IMG/VR virus record: IMGVR_UViG_3300033069_001491 | Span: 1-64,000 of that record | Origin: a virus | Taxonomy: Duplodnaviria > Caudoviricetes | Reading direction: 5' to 3' (one strand) | Length of the DNA: 64,000 bases | Shown: in pieces, positions 8,855 to 18,067 of the stretch | How the letters are laid out: the number at the start of each line of letters is the position of its first letter | Numbering within the stretch: position 1 is the first letter of the stretch | Translations under genes and position numbers: made by a program | The notes under the pieces: model-generated | Seen by the model: only the letters and a program-made list of their open reading frames with translations | Database searches by the model: none | Told to the model about the DNA's origin: nothing

Positions 8855-9986
8855 GGGCCACCGCCGTTGCTGCGCTCAAGGCGCCGTCCAGGAGGCTGTC
8901 GAGCCTGTCACGATTCCAGCGATCGAAGCGTTCCAACAAAGAAGAGTACCTCTGCGCCAGTCCGGTGATGTCATCTCCTTCTAGGGAATAGGCGATACCG
9001 CGTTGGTCGTCGTGTTCGCTGTCAACAAAGATAGTCTCCACGTCAGGTTGTTGGATAAACCTGTCCCAAACCGCCTGTGCCGACGAAGACGTCAGACCGT
9101 CAGGGTCAGACGACAGGGCCGATCCTTGTTGGGTGGCGTACTGCATGGCTAGACGGTACAACAAGGGGCCGTAACCCTTCCTAGCTTTCACGCTAGTGAC
9201 ACGCCAGACGTCGTACTTCCCAATGTTGATACCACCGATGATAGCCTTGTTCAACACCGCCCGTGGCCATCCGCCTTGGCCCAATAGGACCTGTTCGACG
9301 CCTGATAGCTCGATCAAGGCCAACGTCACGTGGCCGCGACCCTCTCTAACAATGAGACCGATGTCTGTGGGCAGTTGCGTTGCTGTCACTGCTGCTTCAC
9401 GCAGGAAACATTCATCGACGAGGTCGCTGTCAACAAGTTCAACGTTTTTCTGCGGATTGACGACGGCGAGGCTAGCGCCGTGTTCGCCTTCAGCAATGAT
9501 TGAAGCCTGAAATCCTCGTGCCACAAGCCTCTCTAACAACGGACTCACGCTGCCGTAGGCGGGAAATGTGCCAGAAATGTCACTTCCAGGTGCTGCATAA
9601 ACACGCATCAATGAGGCCTTAGTGAAGGCTGGTTCATCCGCATCCGCAGCGATCTCTTGGCGGGCCATCTCCCTAAACATCGCCATGTGTTCAGGCGTTC
9701 GAGTGTCAAAAATTTGTTGGGTATCATTCAGCAGACGAACACGGTACACGATTGGCTGCTCTTTGACGCTAGCACCCTGTGGTCGACGTCCTGCCGCAAG
9801 CAACGGCCTGTGGTACTGCTCGGCAACCTTTCTTGAATCCGTCAGAAACATGATGTCTCCTTGGAAGCCAGAGATGTCACCCATATTACCCCAGCGCGAG
9901 CCGTGGTACCACACCTTAGGAAGCCCCCGATTTTCTAGAAGGGCACGATGCAGCATCTTCCGCAGCTCTGAGAGCCTCATACGCAT
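8844..9986 (-). CDS. Two-domain protein: ADP-ribosyltransferase-like N-terminal domain + GNAT-like C-terminal domain
   Basis: WYHGS...MFLTDSRKVAEQY...VYRVRL (ART-like core) and VKARKGYGPLLYRLAMQY..LSSD..TSSSAQAVW (GNAT acetyl-CoA-loop-like); N-terminus MRMRLSELRKML..LLE. Confidence 0.6.
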   Translation of the reverse strand: MRMRLSELRKMLHRALLENRGLPKVWYHGSRWGNMGDISGFQGDIMFLTDSRKVAEQYHRPLLAAGRRPQGASVKEQPIVYRVRLLNDTQQIFDTRTPEHMAMFREMARQEIAADADEPAFTKASLMRVYAAPGSDISGTFPAYGSVSPLLERLVARGFQASIIAEGEHGASLAVVNPQKNVELVDSDLVDECFLREAAVTATQLPTDIGLIVREGRGHVTLALIELSGVEQVLLGQGGWPRAVLNKAIIGGINIGKYDVWRVTSVKARKGYGPLLYRLAMQYATQQGSALSSDPDGLTSSSAQAVWDRFIQQPDVETIFVDSEHDDQRGIAYSLEGDDITGLAQRYSSLLERFDRWNRDRLDSLLDGALSAATAVALGS

Positions 9987-9991
9987 GACCG

Positions 9992-9998
9992 TAAATAG
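9992..9998 (-). promoter_or_regulatory. Candidate late-promoter motif CTATTTA
   Basis: Lies 5 nt upstream of ATG 9986. Confidence 0.5.
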
Positions 9999-10003
9999 GT
10001 GTA

Positions 10004-10834
10004 TCAGATAATCAACAACGCGCGCAGGTCATCGCCCGTCAGCGTCCGGTAACGGGTGACGTTGTTCTCAACGCACCACGCTCGTGTGGCCTCCGACTTC
10101 AGCACGTTTTTCTCGCTGCCGATGAATTCAACGGGTTTCACCTCCCACAGCTCCCGATGACCGTCGACGAAGGTGACCATGAAGTCGGGCACGTACCAGC
10201 GCTTGTGACGATCGTAGACGTACGGGATGCGGACACACTCGTAGTCCCAGTCGACAACGAAGGGTGCCATGTCGAGCCATCGCATCAGCGACAATTCCCA
10301 GCCCGACTTGTAGAAGTGTTCCCTCCCGGTCTTGTTGGACCGATGGTCGCCCTTCTTAGAGTTGCCACCGTAAGGCCGCTGCTTGCCGACCAACAGCAAC
10401 AACGAGTGTTTGTCTGACATGGCGTCTTTGGACGAGTCTCTGTGCTTCCTGCCGTACATCCCGTTGTTGGGACCCGACACGTCGGCATGATTAGCGCTCA
10501 TCTTCTGCTTGGTCTCGTCGCTGTGCTGGCGACCCTGCCACGGGTGGACGTAGCCGGGCTGTTTCATCCGCTCGACGACAGACTCACTGATCTTCTGCGC
10601 CGCCGCTGGCGTATGCATCATTGCCGTGTTGTCAGCGTACAGTTCTGGGTGCCGCGACCGGAAGCTACCGTAGCACTTTCTCGAGCAGAACTGGCCCCAC
10701 TTGTGGTCGTTCATGTACGATTGCGTGTACTGTCGCTCGAATTTTCCACCACACGAATCGCACTGTAACACCAGGATGCGCTTGGGCTTCGACGGACGAT
10801 AGGCGTTCGGGCCGTCTTTGATCTCTAGAAGCAT
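10004..10834 (-). mobile_element. TnsA-like putative homing endonuclease with zinc-ribbon and NUMOD3-like repeats
   Basis: CDSCG..FCSRKC, HSDETKQKMS / MYGRKH NUMOD3-like repeats, YKSGWEL..MRWLD..YE..YVPDFMV..WEVKP. Confidence 0.8.
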
Positions 10835-10854
10835 GATCTACTGTATCATGCTTC
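10828..10854. repeat. Perfect 10-bp inverted repeat covering the endonuclease start codon
   Basis: GAAGCATGAT (10828-10837) - 7 nt - ATCATGCTTC (10845-10854); minus-strand TACAGT at 10840-10845. Confidence 0.9.
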
Positions 10855-10874
10855 GAGCAGTTGGCATCAACAAT

Positions 10875-13502
10875 TCACCAATCATAACGCACCTTGAACA
10901 TGATGCGATCGCCGAAGCGCTTCAGGATGGGTTGGGCCAGCTGCGACTTCATGACAACATTGTAGTTGCGATCGTGGAGGTTGATGCCCGAGATGTAGAC
11001 GAATGAATCGTCAGTGTCGTTCGGAAAGCCCGTCGGGGCCACCTTCCGAAAACACGGGTTGCTCGACGAATTGAGCTGGTTATTGGGCGCCAGGACGTCG
11101 ATTCTCATGGTGTGAACGTGTTGCTCACCGCGGAAGCTGACCTCATAAGCGTCCTGACCAAAGAAGTACAGGTGCGGGCTCTTCAAGACGATGAGGCCCT
11201 CGTCGTAGTAGACGTTACCTACGCTGTTCCACGTCGACTGGCTGGTGTAACAGTCAGCTCGGTAGACGTTGCCTCTACCATCGTCGACCAGCGTCATGCT
11301 GATCGGTCCGAAGGTGGCAGAGATTGGCAGGTTAGAGCCCAACCGGCTTGACCGAATGATGTCAGGTTCCCGCAGTGACAGCGTCTTGGGCTTGATCCGG
11401 AAACCGTAGAACAGGTTGCTGACGTCAAAGACAGTGACTTGGTTCGATGACGGATCCTGTGTACGCTGATAAACCGACAGCGGCGCGCCCACCTCCACGT
11501 CGCTACCTGACACGACGTTGCGGTAGTGGTTGTATGTCGCCGGTCCAGGCATGGAGAAGGGCGTCTCAGGAGTGCTCCCCAGTTGCACCGCTGCGAAGGC
11601 ATTGACCTGTTCATCAGGTTGGGAGCCGTCATCGAACGTGCCACCGCCGAACATCAACGTCGATGTCAGCACCATGTTGTCAAGGTGGATGAAGCTTAGC
11701 TCCTCGATCCCCAGGTCGTCGACGGCCCGTGATAGAGACTCTGACGCTAGCAACTGGAAGCTAGGCACGAAGAGACCATCGTCACACGGCAGGATGGTCA
11801 AGTTACGTTTAGCAACAAATGGCTGCGACTGCAGGTACTCGTTACACGTGTCAGCATCAGGCGTCGTGGTGGTGATTGCCACGCCAGACAGGTGGTGCAG
11901 CAATGGGTGATTGTTGGACGCAAAGTCGCGGACAAAGTTTTCAAGGTTGATGTAGTGGCCACCGACTCCGAACGACAAGGCCACACTGAACGGCATCGAC
12001 GATGCTCCGTCAGCTTCCTGGAAAGGCGACACCAGCAGTCCTCCACGGTCGTTGACGAACTGTCGGTAAGGCGACTGCTCGATGAAGAAAGGCGGCACGT
12101 AGAAGGCAAACGTGTTATCAAGGAAGACAGGCCCCACGCTGGCCGACGTCGAGATGTCATAGTCCGACAGGTAGCGCCGGCGGATCGCCACGTCGTGCAG
12201 TTCGGCGTTGAGCGGGTGGTCGAATGAGTAGGACGTGGGCGTCTCGATCCCCGTATCGGCCAACATCACATTGAGTCCCTCCCGGGTGGCTGGGTCGAAA
12301 GCAAAGAACGCAGCCTGTGGGTTAACGCTGTGATTGGGACCTTCGTAGAAGTTACCTAGGCACAGGACATCGGGTGGTAGCTGTTGGATCCCGGGCACCG
12401 GTGGGTTGTGCCCGCCCATGACAACGATGTCAGCCAGCGAAGGAGTGATCGATGATGACGGGACGTCGAAAGTTCCCTTGTCGACGCCGTCGATGTTGAA
12501 CGTCCCGCGGCCTGAATTGACGTCCCGAGTGCCCCACCTGACGACGACGTGGTGCCAGCGGTTGTGCCACAAGGCGTTGTTGTCAGAGAAGAAGACTAGC
12601 TCACGTGAAGGCAATAGGCTCTGACTGACGTGGTCGTACGAGCCCGACGGGCCCGACACGTTGATGGTCCCAGTCGCATCAGTCGCGATCCAAGAAGGTG
12701 GGATGTCTGCTGAACTCGACAACTGCAGCAACAGGCGAAAGCCAACTGGCCGGCCGTTAACGTCCTTGCTAGAGCCCGTGACCAGCGACAAGGCAAAGGT
12801 CGACGACAGGTGGAGGATCGTACCTGCCTTAAATGTGCCGTCTGACGCGTCGGAGGTGTAGCGGGGGTTAATGTAGAAGTCGAAGCTGAACGATCCACTA
12901 GGCGTGTATGTCCCGCTGCAGTAACCTTCGTGAAAGACCATGCCACCCCGATCGTCCGCAATGTTCGGGTATAGCAACACGGATGACGTCGGAAAGCCGG
13001 ACGATGTGAAGAAATTGAGCGTGTTGTAATTGGTGTACGCCCAGTGCGCCGTCGGGTAGACAGTCCTGTAATAAGGCTGCAACACGTCCTTGATGAACAA
13101 CTTACGCAAGGTGTTGCTGTTGAAGGTGGGCGGAGGAAAGAATCTGACGATGTCAAGCTTCTGCTGCAGGCGACGTTGTCGCCCGGCGGAATTCACAGCG
13201 TCCATGTACTGTTCCATCATGTTGGCGAACGACCCCGTCAATGATGAACTGACGCTGTGAACGCGAGCAATGCGTCCCCACTGTTGAGCGCTCCGAAGGG
13301 CGTTCGGGTATTTCCCGTCGTCGTGCCTTGAGTCGATGAATGCAGAGTCGGGGCGAGCATCCTTCATGGTGGACGATCGCCGGGCGAAGACGTGGACCGA
13401 ACCAGTGGAGCCCGCCGTCGAGCTGGATACGAATGTCCGGAATGGGTTGGTGACGACGCTGAACGTCTCTACGTCGGTCGGATCAATCCTATAGATCGAC
13501 AT
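10875..13502 (-). CDS. Virion structural protein with LamG/concanavalin-like domain and C-terminal tail-collar-like segment
   Basis: FSFDFYINP, RWHHVVVRWG and LHDVAI LamG-like motifs; ends YISGINLHD..NVVMKSQLAQPILKR..MFKVRYDW; ATAGTTA at 13515-13521 and GGAGG upstream. Confidence 0.65.
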   Translation of the reverse strand: MSIYRIDPTDVETFSVVTNPFRTFVSSSTAGSTGSVHVFARRSSTMKDARPDSAFIDSRHDDGKYPNALRSAQQWGRIARVHSVSSSLTGSFANMMEQYMDAVNSAGRQRRLQQKLDIVRFFPPPTFNSNTLRKLFIKDVLQPYYRTVYPTAHWAYTNYNTLNFFTSSGFPTSSVLLYPNIADDRGGMVFHEGYCSGTYTPSGSFSFDFYINPRYTSDASDGTFKAGTILHLSSTFALSLVTGSSKDVNGRPVGFRLLLQLSSSADIPPSWIATDATGTINVSGPSGSYDHVSQSLLPSRELVFFSDNNALWHNRWHHVVVRWGTRDVNSGRGTFNIDGVDKGTFDVPSSSITPSLADIVVMGGHNPPVPGIQQLPPDVLCLGNFYEGPNHSVNPQAAFFAFDPATREGLNVMLADTGIETPTSYSFDHPLNAELHDVAIRRRYLSDYDISTSASVGPVFLDNTFAFYVPPFFIEQSPYRQFVNDRGGLLVSPFQEADGASSMPFSVALSFGVGGHYINLENFVRDFASNNHPLLHHLSGVAITTTTPDADTCNEYLQSQPFVAKRNLTILPCDDGLFVPSFQLLASESLSRAVDDLGIEELSFIHLDNMVLTSTLMFGGGTFDDGSQPDEQVNAFAAVQLGSTPETPFSMPGPATYNHYRNVVSGSDVEVGAPLSVYQRTQDPSSNQVTVFDVSNLFYGFRIKPKTLSLREPDIIRSSRLGSNLPISATFGPISMTLVDDGRGNVYRADCYTSQSTWNSVGNVYYDEGLIVLKSPHLYFFGQDAYEVSFRGEQHVHTMRIDVLAPNNQLNSSSNPCFRKVAPTGFPNDTDDSFVYISGINLHDRNYNVVMKSQLAQPILKRFGDRIMFKVRYDW

Positions 13503-13547
13503 CTGCCTCCGGCGTAACTATACCTCGCTACGCTAGCGTCGACAGCA

Positions 13548-14156
13548 TCACTCTGGGTCGATGATCACGTACTGATCACCACGTTTCATCACGTTTCTGA
13601 CGTCATGATCTAGGCGCAGTGACATATAACGTTTCAAAAAAGCGCCCAAGCGCGGATTGTCAACCTCTTCAGGCCTCAACTCGTGTTGGATGACAACTTG
13701 GATGGCCTCTTCATCTTCTGTTGAGAGGGGTTCCAAACGCTCCATTAACGCATAGACCAATGCTGTGTACGTGTCTCCGCTGCTTGTGTCGATAGCGTTG
13801 ACCTCGCCAACATCAAAGATTTTGACGTACAAACCGCCGCTGGGTGCATTGTTCAATCGTTCAATGACAGCGTTGGCTGAGCCTGGGACTGCATTGTACG
13901 TTGGGATCAACTTGACGACTTTGTCGCTTCCTGATGAACAGACGACGCCTTCAAACCCATTGCCAATCACGGCACCCACGTCAAACGGAAAAGCGCCTTG
14001 ATCCTTCAGGGGCGACACCACGTTCAATATGAACTCATCAAAATCGTACTGATCATCGTTATCAGGCGGACGAGAAAGCTCAATACGTCGACTTCCTTTT
14101 TGAGGAGAAAAAGAGTTCACCAAAAGACGTCGTAGTTCACCCAGCCTGATGCGCAT
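13548..14156 (-). CDS. Protein-kinase-like (PKc/APH fold) small protein
   Basis: Gly loop IGNGFEGVV, VVK lysine, YALMERL, catalytic-loop-like DHDVRNVM and IIDP; N-terminus MRIRLGELRRLL; ATAGTTA 5 nt upstream. Confidence 0.65.
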   Translation of the reverse strand: MRIRLGELRRLLVNSFSPQKGSRRIELSRPPDNDDQYDFDEFILNVVSPLKDQGAFPFDVGAVIGNGFEGVVCSSGSDKVVKLIPTYNAVPGSANAVIERLNNAPSGGLYVKIFDVGEVNAIDTSSGDTYTALVYALMERLEPLSTEDEEAIQVVIQHELRPEEVDNPRLGAFLKRYMSLRLDHDVRNVMKRGDQYVIIDPE

Positions 14157-14164
14157 GGTCGTAA

Positions 14165-14509
14165 CTATGATGCTACGTCGTCAAGCAAGTTGACAAGTTC
14201 TTGATCAAGCAGCTGAATGAGTCGAGGTGCAAGCACCTTGACGAAGGTTTCTGCTTCAGGTAGCTGTTCTGCCACGCCAGAATCTTCCAAGCATGCGTGG
14301 ATCAGCTCATGCAGCACAAGCTCTCGCTTATGATCATATGTCAATCTATTTCTGACGATGATCACATCGTCATCATAACTGATGACGCTTTTCACTGACG
14401 ACGGATCATCGCAACCCTTGGCCACAACGCTATCGAATGACTCATCATCAACAGCGACCACACAGTACGTCCTAGATCCGACCTTGATGGTGTTTGACTG
14501 CTGTGTCAA
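14165..14509 (-). CDS. Small HExxH metallopeptidase-like protein
   Basis: ELVLHELIHACLE motif; probable TTG start at 14509 after GGAG (track start 14527). Confidence 0.65.
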   Translation of the reverse strand: MTQQSNTIKVGSRTYCVVAVDDESFDSVVAKGCDDPSSVKSVISYDDDVIIVRNRLTYDHKRELVLHELIHACLEDSGVAEQLPEAETFVKVLAPRLIQLLDQELVNLLDDVAS

Positions 14510-15377
14510 AGTCTTCTCCGATCTCACGTTTCATTGCGTCAATTTCAACGTTGCCTAGTACGACATATTTGGCACCGGCCGCGGCGAGGGCCTGCTTTGT
14601 CAGATCCAACTTCTTGCTCACCTCGGGCAATGCCTGAATAGCAGTCGGTTTGATCTCGACAATGACTTCTTGGCCATCAACGTACCTGACGAGGAAGTCT
14701 GGAATCGTCCGTCGCCCATCGGATAGGACGATGACATTAGGTTCGTATTCGTATGACAATACATCATTGCTCCTGTCCCAGTGCATCATTGCCACCAATT
14801 CCCATGATGACTTGAACTTGACAGGCAACGTTGCCTTCGGACTGCAATGCGTTCCTGTCACGTGGCCGGTCTTGTACCCAGACACGCCATCGAGCACACG
14901 TTTGACAGCGGCACGTGAGTAGTTGTCACGTTGCTCTTTCGTCAATGTATCAGACGTGTGTCCAAAGTTAGGATTGTTGGCACCACGGTGCGTGCTGGCT
15001 CCTGCCTGAAAGCGTTCTTTCAGACTTTCTGAAACCTTTGCACCCAATCCAGCCAGGCGCTCATCTGTCTTTGCTGTCAACCCGCGGTTCCACGCTGTCC
15101 TACCAAGCATGGACCCTGGCTTGCCGAACATCCCGTTGTTAGGGCCACTGTTTGAACAGCGCTTGCCGCAAAAGCGCTGTTCCTTCCTGACGAACGAAAC
15201 GGTAAATTCGCAACCGCAGAACTCACACGTCTTGGTGACGTCTGGCTGCCGCGTCTTACGGGTGCTCAAAAAACACGGATCGTAGCTGCAGTACCTCGCC
15301 GAGGACACGCGAGATGCAATGACCTCAAATTCCTTGCAGCACACCTCACACAGTTTCTTGATCCGCTCCTTGGCCAC
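14472..15377 (-). mobile_element. TnsA-like putative homing endonuclease with zinc-ribbon and NUMOD3-like modules
   Basis: CEVC..YCS, CEFCG..FCGKRC, NPNFG repeats, FKSSWEL..M.WD..YEYE..TIPDFLV..VEIKP; TATAAT 6 nt before the GTG start. Confidence 0.8.
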
Positions 15378-15383
15378 GGATCA

Positions 15384-15389
15384 ATTATA
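15384..15389 (-). promoter_or_regulatory. Consensus -10 box TATAAT, leaderless spacing, inside a GATCAA/TTGATC inverted repeat
   Basis: Minus strand reads AGATCAAGC-TATAAT-TGATCC-GTG. Confidence 0.65.
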
Positions 15390-15397
15390 GCTTGATC

Positions 15398-16654
15398 TCA
15401 CTTTCTGTATACGATGGAACGCTTCTTGGCGAAGTCAAGTCTAATGCGAAAGGTTAGGTCCTTCTCTGGGTTCTTCTGGACAGGCCTGGACAGCTTAGCC
15501 ACCGCGAGCAGGTTGTCGTTGGCGTCATACAGTCCGACCGAGGTCACGTAGGTGAATGACTGCTGTGTGTCCTCCTGACCCACGTCGATGACGACGATCC
15601 TGTCAGTCGTGTCCGTGAAAGTCGGGTTGGCCGAGTAGTTGAACTCATCAGCCTCAACCCGACAGAAGATCAACGAGCTGTTGATGTTGGTGACGTTCTG
15701 GAAGGTCAGGGCTGACTGGCTGCCCGATCCCAACCTGCAGGAGGCAACGTGGTCGATGATGTTGTCGATCGAGGCACTGACCACGAAGTCGGGGATGAAC
15801 GTCGACAGGAACTGTGTCTGGCTGCCTGAAGCGCCGAGGACCTGTTGCCCAAGGGGCGCCATCGCGTCGATGGTACCTGACATGTACTGGCTGGCGCTGG
15901 TCACCTTCTTCAGGTCCAGGACCAGGACGCCGCGGTCGTAGAACATCAGGCCGACATTGCGCGTGGTGTCAGCGCTGTCGACGACGTTGCCGACCTGGCC
16001 TCCGAATGTCGACAGCTTGTTGGTGGCCGCGCCGATGTCGGTGTAAATCGCGCTGCCTGACAGCGAGGTGACGTAGAGGTTGGGCGGCGACGGAAAGCTC
16101 TCTGCAGGCGTGGAGTCGTTGGGCCCATTGATCGATGCGGTTTGGTAGAACCGCATTGCAAACGTCTCCCGCTTGATGCTGTCGCGGGCGAAGAGGCGCT
16201 TGAAGGCGATGAACAGCGCGACGTCGATCTCGTCCTCAGAATCACTTGAACCCAGAGGGGAGACGAATGCTGTCGACGCGTCGCCCAGCAGCGTCTGTGA
16301 AAACTGCCGGTAGATGTCCATCTTCTCTCGCATCATCAGCGATGAACTCGGGAACAGCTCCTTACCGGCTGCATCAACACCCGTTTGGCTAGACAACACC
16401 GTCGCACCGTCCGGAAGTAGCCCAACCGTCATGTCGAAGATGGAGTTGGCTGTCTGCAGGGTGAAGTCCTGATCATATACCGTCTGATAGAGCGATGACG
16501 TGATACCCGGACCCACGCCACCGGTGACGAAGCTCTGGTACTTTCGTCTCGAGACTGACCCGCTGATGTCCTCTTGGATGACGTCAATCAGCTGGTTCAG
16601 GAACGAGCGTGACGTCTTGATGTCACTGGGAAGAATCTCTTTGAAAACGGCCAC
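15398..16654 (-). CDS. Virion structural protein (baseplate/tail-associated) with C-terminal tail-collar-like segment
   Basis: Contains FTYVTSVGLYDANDNLLAVAKLSRPVQK..TFRIRLDF, similar to the C-terminus of 10875..13502; GAGGTG RBS. Confidence 0.65.
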   Translation of the reverse strand: MAVFKEILPSDIKTSRSFLNQLIDVIQEDISGSVSRRKYQSFVTGGVGPGITSSLYQTVYDQDFTLQTANSIFDMTVGLLPDGATVLSSQTGVDAAGKELFPSSSLMMREKMDIYRQFSQTLLGDASTAFVSPLGSSDSEDEIDVALFIAFKRLFARDSIKRETFAMRFYQTASINGPNDSTPAESFPSPPNLYVTSLSGSAIYTDIGAATNKLSTFGGQVGNVVDSADTTRNVGLMFYDRGVLVLDLKKVTSASQYMSGTIDAMAPLGQQVLGASGSQTQFLSTFIPDFVVSASIDNIIDHVASCRLGSGSQSALTFQNVTNINSSLIFCRVEADEFNYSANPTFTDTTDRIVVIDVGQEDTQQSFTYVTSVGLYDANDNLLAVAKLSRPVQKNPEKDLTFRIRLDFAKKRSIVYRK

Positions 16655-16758
16655 GTATTCACCTCTGAATTTCCGCCGGTTGACGTTGATTGCTCAGATT
16701 GTAACCTGAATCGCGCTCAAAGTACGTGACCGGTTTATGCGCACTAAACACCTGAGTA

Positions 16759-16920
16759 CTACTTCTTTGAAAGCTCTGCTACTTTTCGTGCAGGTTCAGT
16801 GAAGGCGTACTGTCGCGCCTTGCGGCGACCTTCAATCGATGGATCACGTTCGATCATCATCCTGACATCATCGAGCGTCGCATCCAACAGCTCCTTCAAC
16901 TTGGCGTCATCGTCACTCAT
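16759..16920 (-). CDS. Small hypothetical protein (53 aa), below the track threshold
   Basis: Manual translation MSDDDAKLKELLDATLDDVRMMIERDPSIEGRRKARQYAFTEPARKVAELSKK; starts 10 nt after the upstream stop and fills the gap. Confidence 0.5.
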   Translation of the reverse strand: MSDDDAKLKELLDATLDDVRMMIERDPSIEGRRKARQYAFTEPARKVAELSKK

Positions 16921-16930
16921 GTTTCACTCT

Positions 16931-17647
16931 CTATAGGTTCTTGTCGATGATGATGCCGATGTCCTGAACGGCGCCGGACTGAATGCCAGTCACCTTCATG
17001 TAGACCTTGATCTTGGTCTTGTCAGCGGTGGTCCCGTAGACTGCGAACAGAGCGTCAGTCAGCGACTTAACGCTGATAGTGAACTGCACGCTGGACCCGC
17101 CGAAGGCGTTCTCGGCAGGCGACCGCGTCAGGATGTAGCTGGCACGCTGGTTACCGTCGATGTTCTCAGGCGTGTTGCTGACAATCTGCACAAAGAGATT
17201 TGGGACCTCGACCATGAACGTCTGATCGCGAAGTTCCACATCGATCGTCGTCTCATTTTGGATCGTCTGCTGGACGGTGACGTTCGATGTCTTTTGGGTG
17301 TTTCTGCCCAGGGTGATCAGGTTGCCGAGGGCGTTGACGTTGGCATCGCCCGACAGTGCCATCGACGGCAATCGCAGCAAGTTCGGGTTCGACACGCTGA
17401 CAAGTTTGTACTTCTGGGCCGTCGCTTGGTTGGTCAGGGCCTCGAGGATGGGAGTGTTCTTCTCCACCTTCTCGGATCCGACAGTACGACCGTACTTGCC
17501 GATGACCCCATAGTTGACCTCGTCGTCGCCTAGGGCGAACTTATGGATGCTGAAGCTACCGTCGTTGCGTGCCAAGAACTGACGTCCGACGTCAGTCAGG
17601 ACAGCGTCAAGAATCAAGTTGTTCGTCGAATTATCAAGGAAGCCCAT
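16931..17647 (-). CDS. Virion structural protein with N-terminal tail-collar-like segment
   Basis: MGFLDN..LILDAVLTDVGRQFLARNDGSFSIHKFALGDDEVNY; paralogous N-terminus to 26649..27671. Confidence 0.65.
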   Translation of the reverse strand: MGFLDNSTNNLILDAVLTDVGRQFLARNDGSFSIHKFALGDDEVNYGVIGKYGRTVGSEKVEKNTPILEALTNQATAQKYKLVSVSNPNLLRLPSMALSGDANVNALGNLITLGRNTQKTSNVTVQQTIQNETTIDVELRDQTFMVEVPNLFVQIVSNTPENIDGNQRASYILTRSPAENAFGGSSVQFTISVKSLTDALFAVYGTTADKTKIKVYMKVTGIQSGAVQDIGIIIDKNL

Positions 17648-17804
17648 GTGTCACCGTGACCATTTTCTTCTGTGTAGCGTCAGTGGAAATTACGATACGT
17701 GTCTTGTTGGCCTTCGCAACATGCCATGATGCGTGATCCCCCAACCGTCAACCACCTTCGCTGCCTCCGACGTCGATCGGTAAGTAGCTACTACGCTACC
17801 TTGA

Positions 17805-18053
17805 CTATACGGTTGTTGAGGGCGCTCCTTCCAGGAAGTTGCGTAGTCGCTCCTCACCCCGTTCAACAGACTCCTTGTCAAAGTAGACACCCCCTTCATT
17901 GCGGTAATCAAGCAGCTCCTGCGACATTGTGAATGTCCCGTCAACGTGTTGATCAATCGCCAAGGCCAATCCCAAAGGATGCAAGACGTCACGGTTGATC
18001 TTAAAAAGCAATCCGCTCTCTCTAAGAAACTTACCCGCTGACAACTTCTTCAC
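17805..18053 (-). CDS. Small hypothetical protein with its own TAGGAT box
   Basis: Contains FLRESGLLFKINRDVLHPLGLALA; TAGGAT-6 nt-GTG places the start at 18053 (track 18059). Confidence 0.6.
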   Translation of the reverse strand: MKKLSAGKFLRESGLLFKINRDVLHPLGLALAIDQHVDGTFTMSQELLDYRNEGGVYFDKESVERGEERLRNFLEGAPSTTV

Positions 18054-18067
18054 AATCACATCCTACA

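Noticed and set aside
17680-17727. 15-aa mini-ORF (MACCEGQQDTYRNFH) in the leader of 16931..17647
   Set aside because: Too short to support; weak RBS; no coupling to neighbours.
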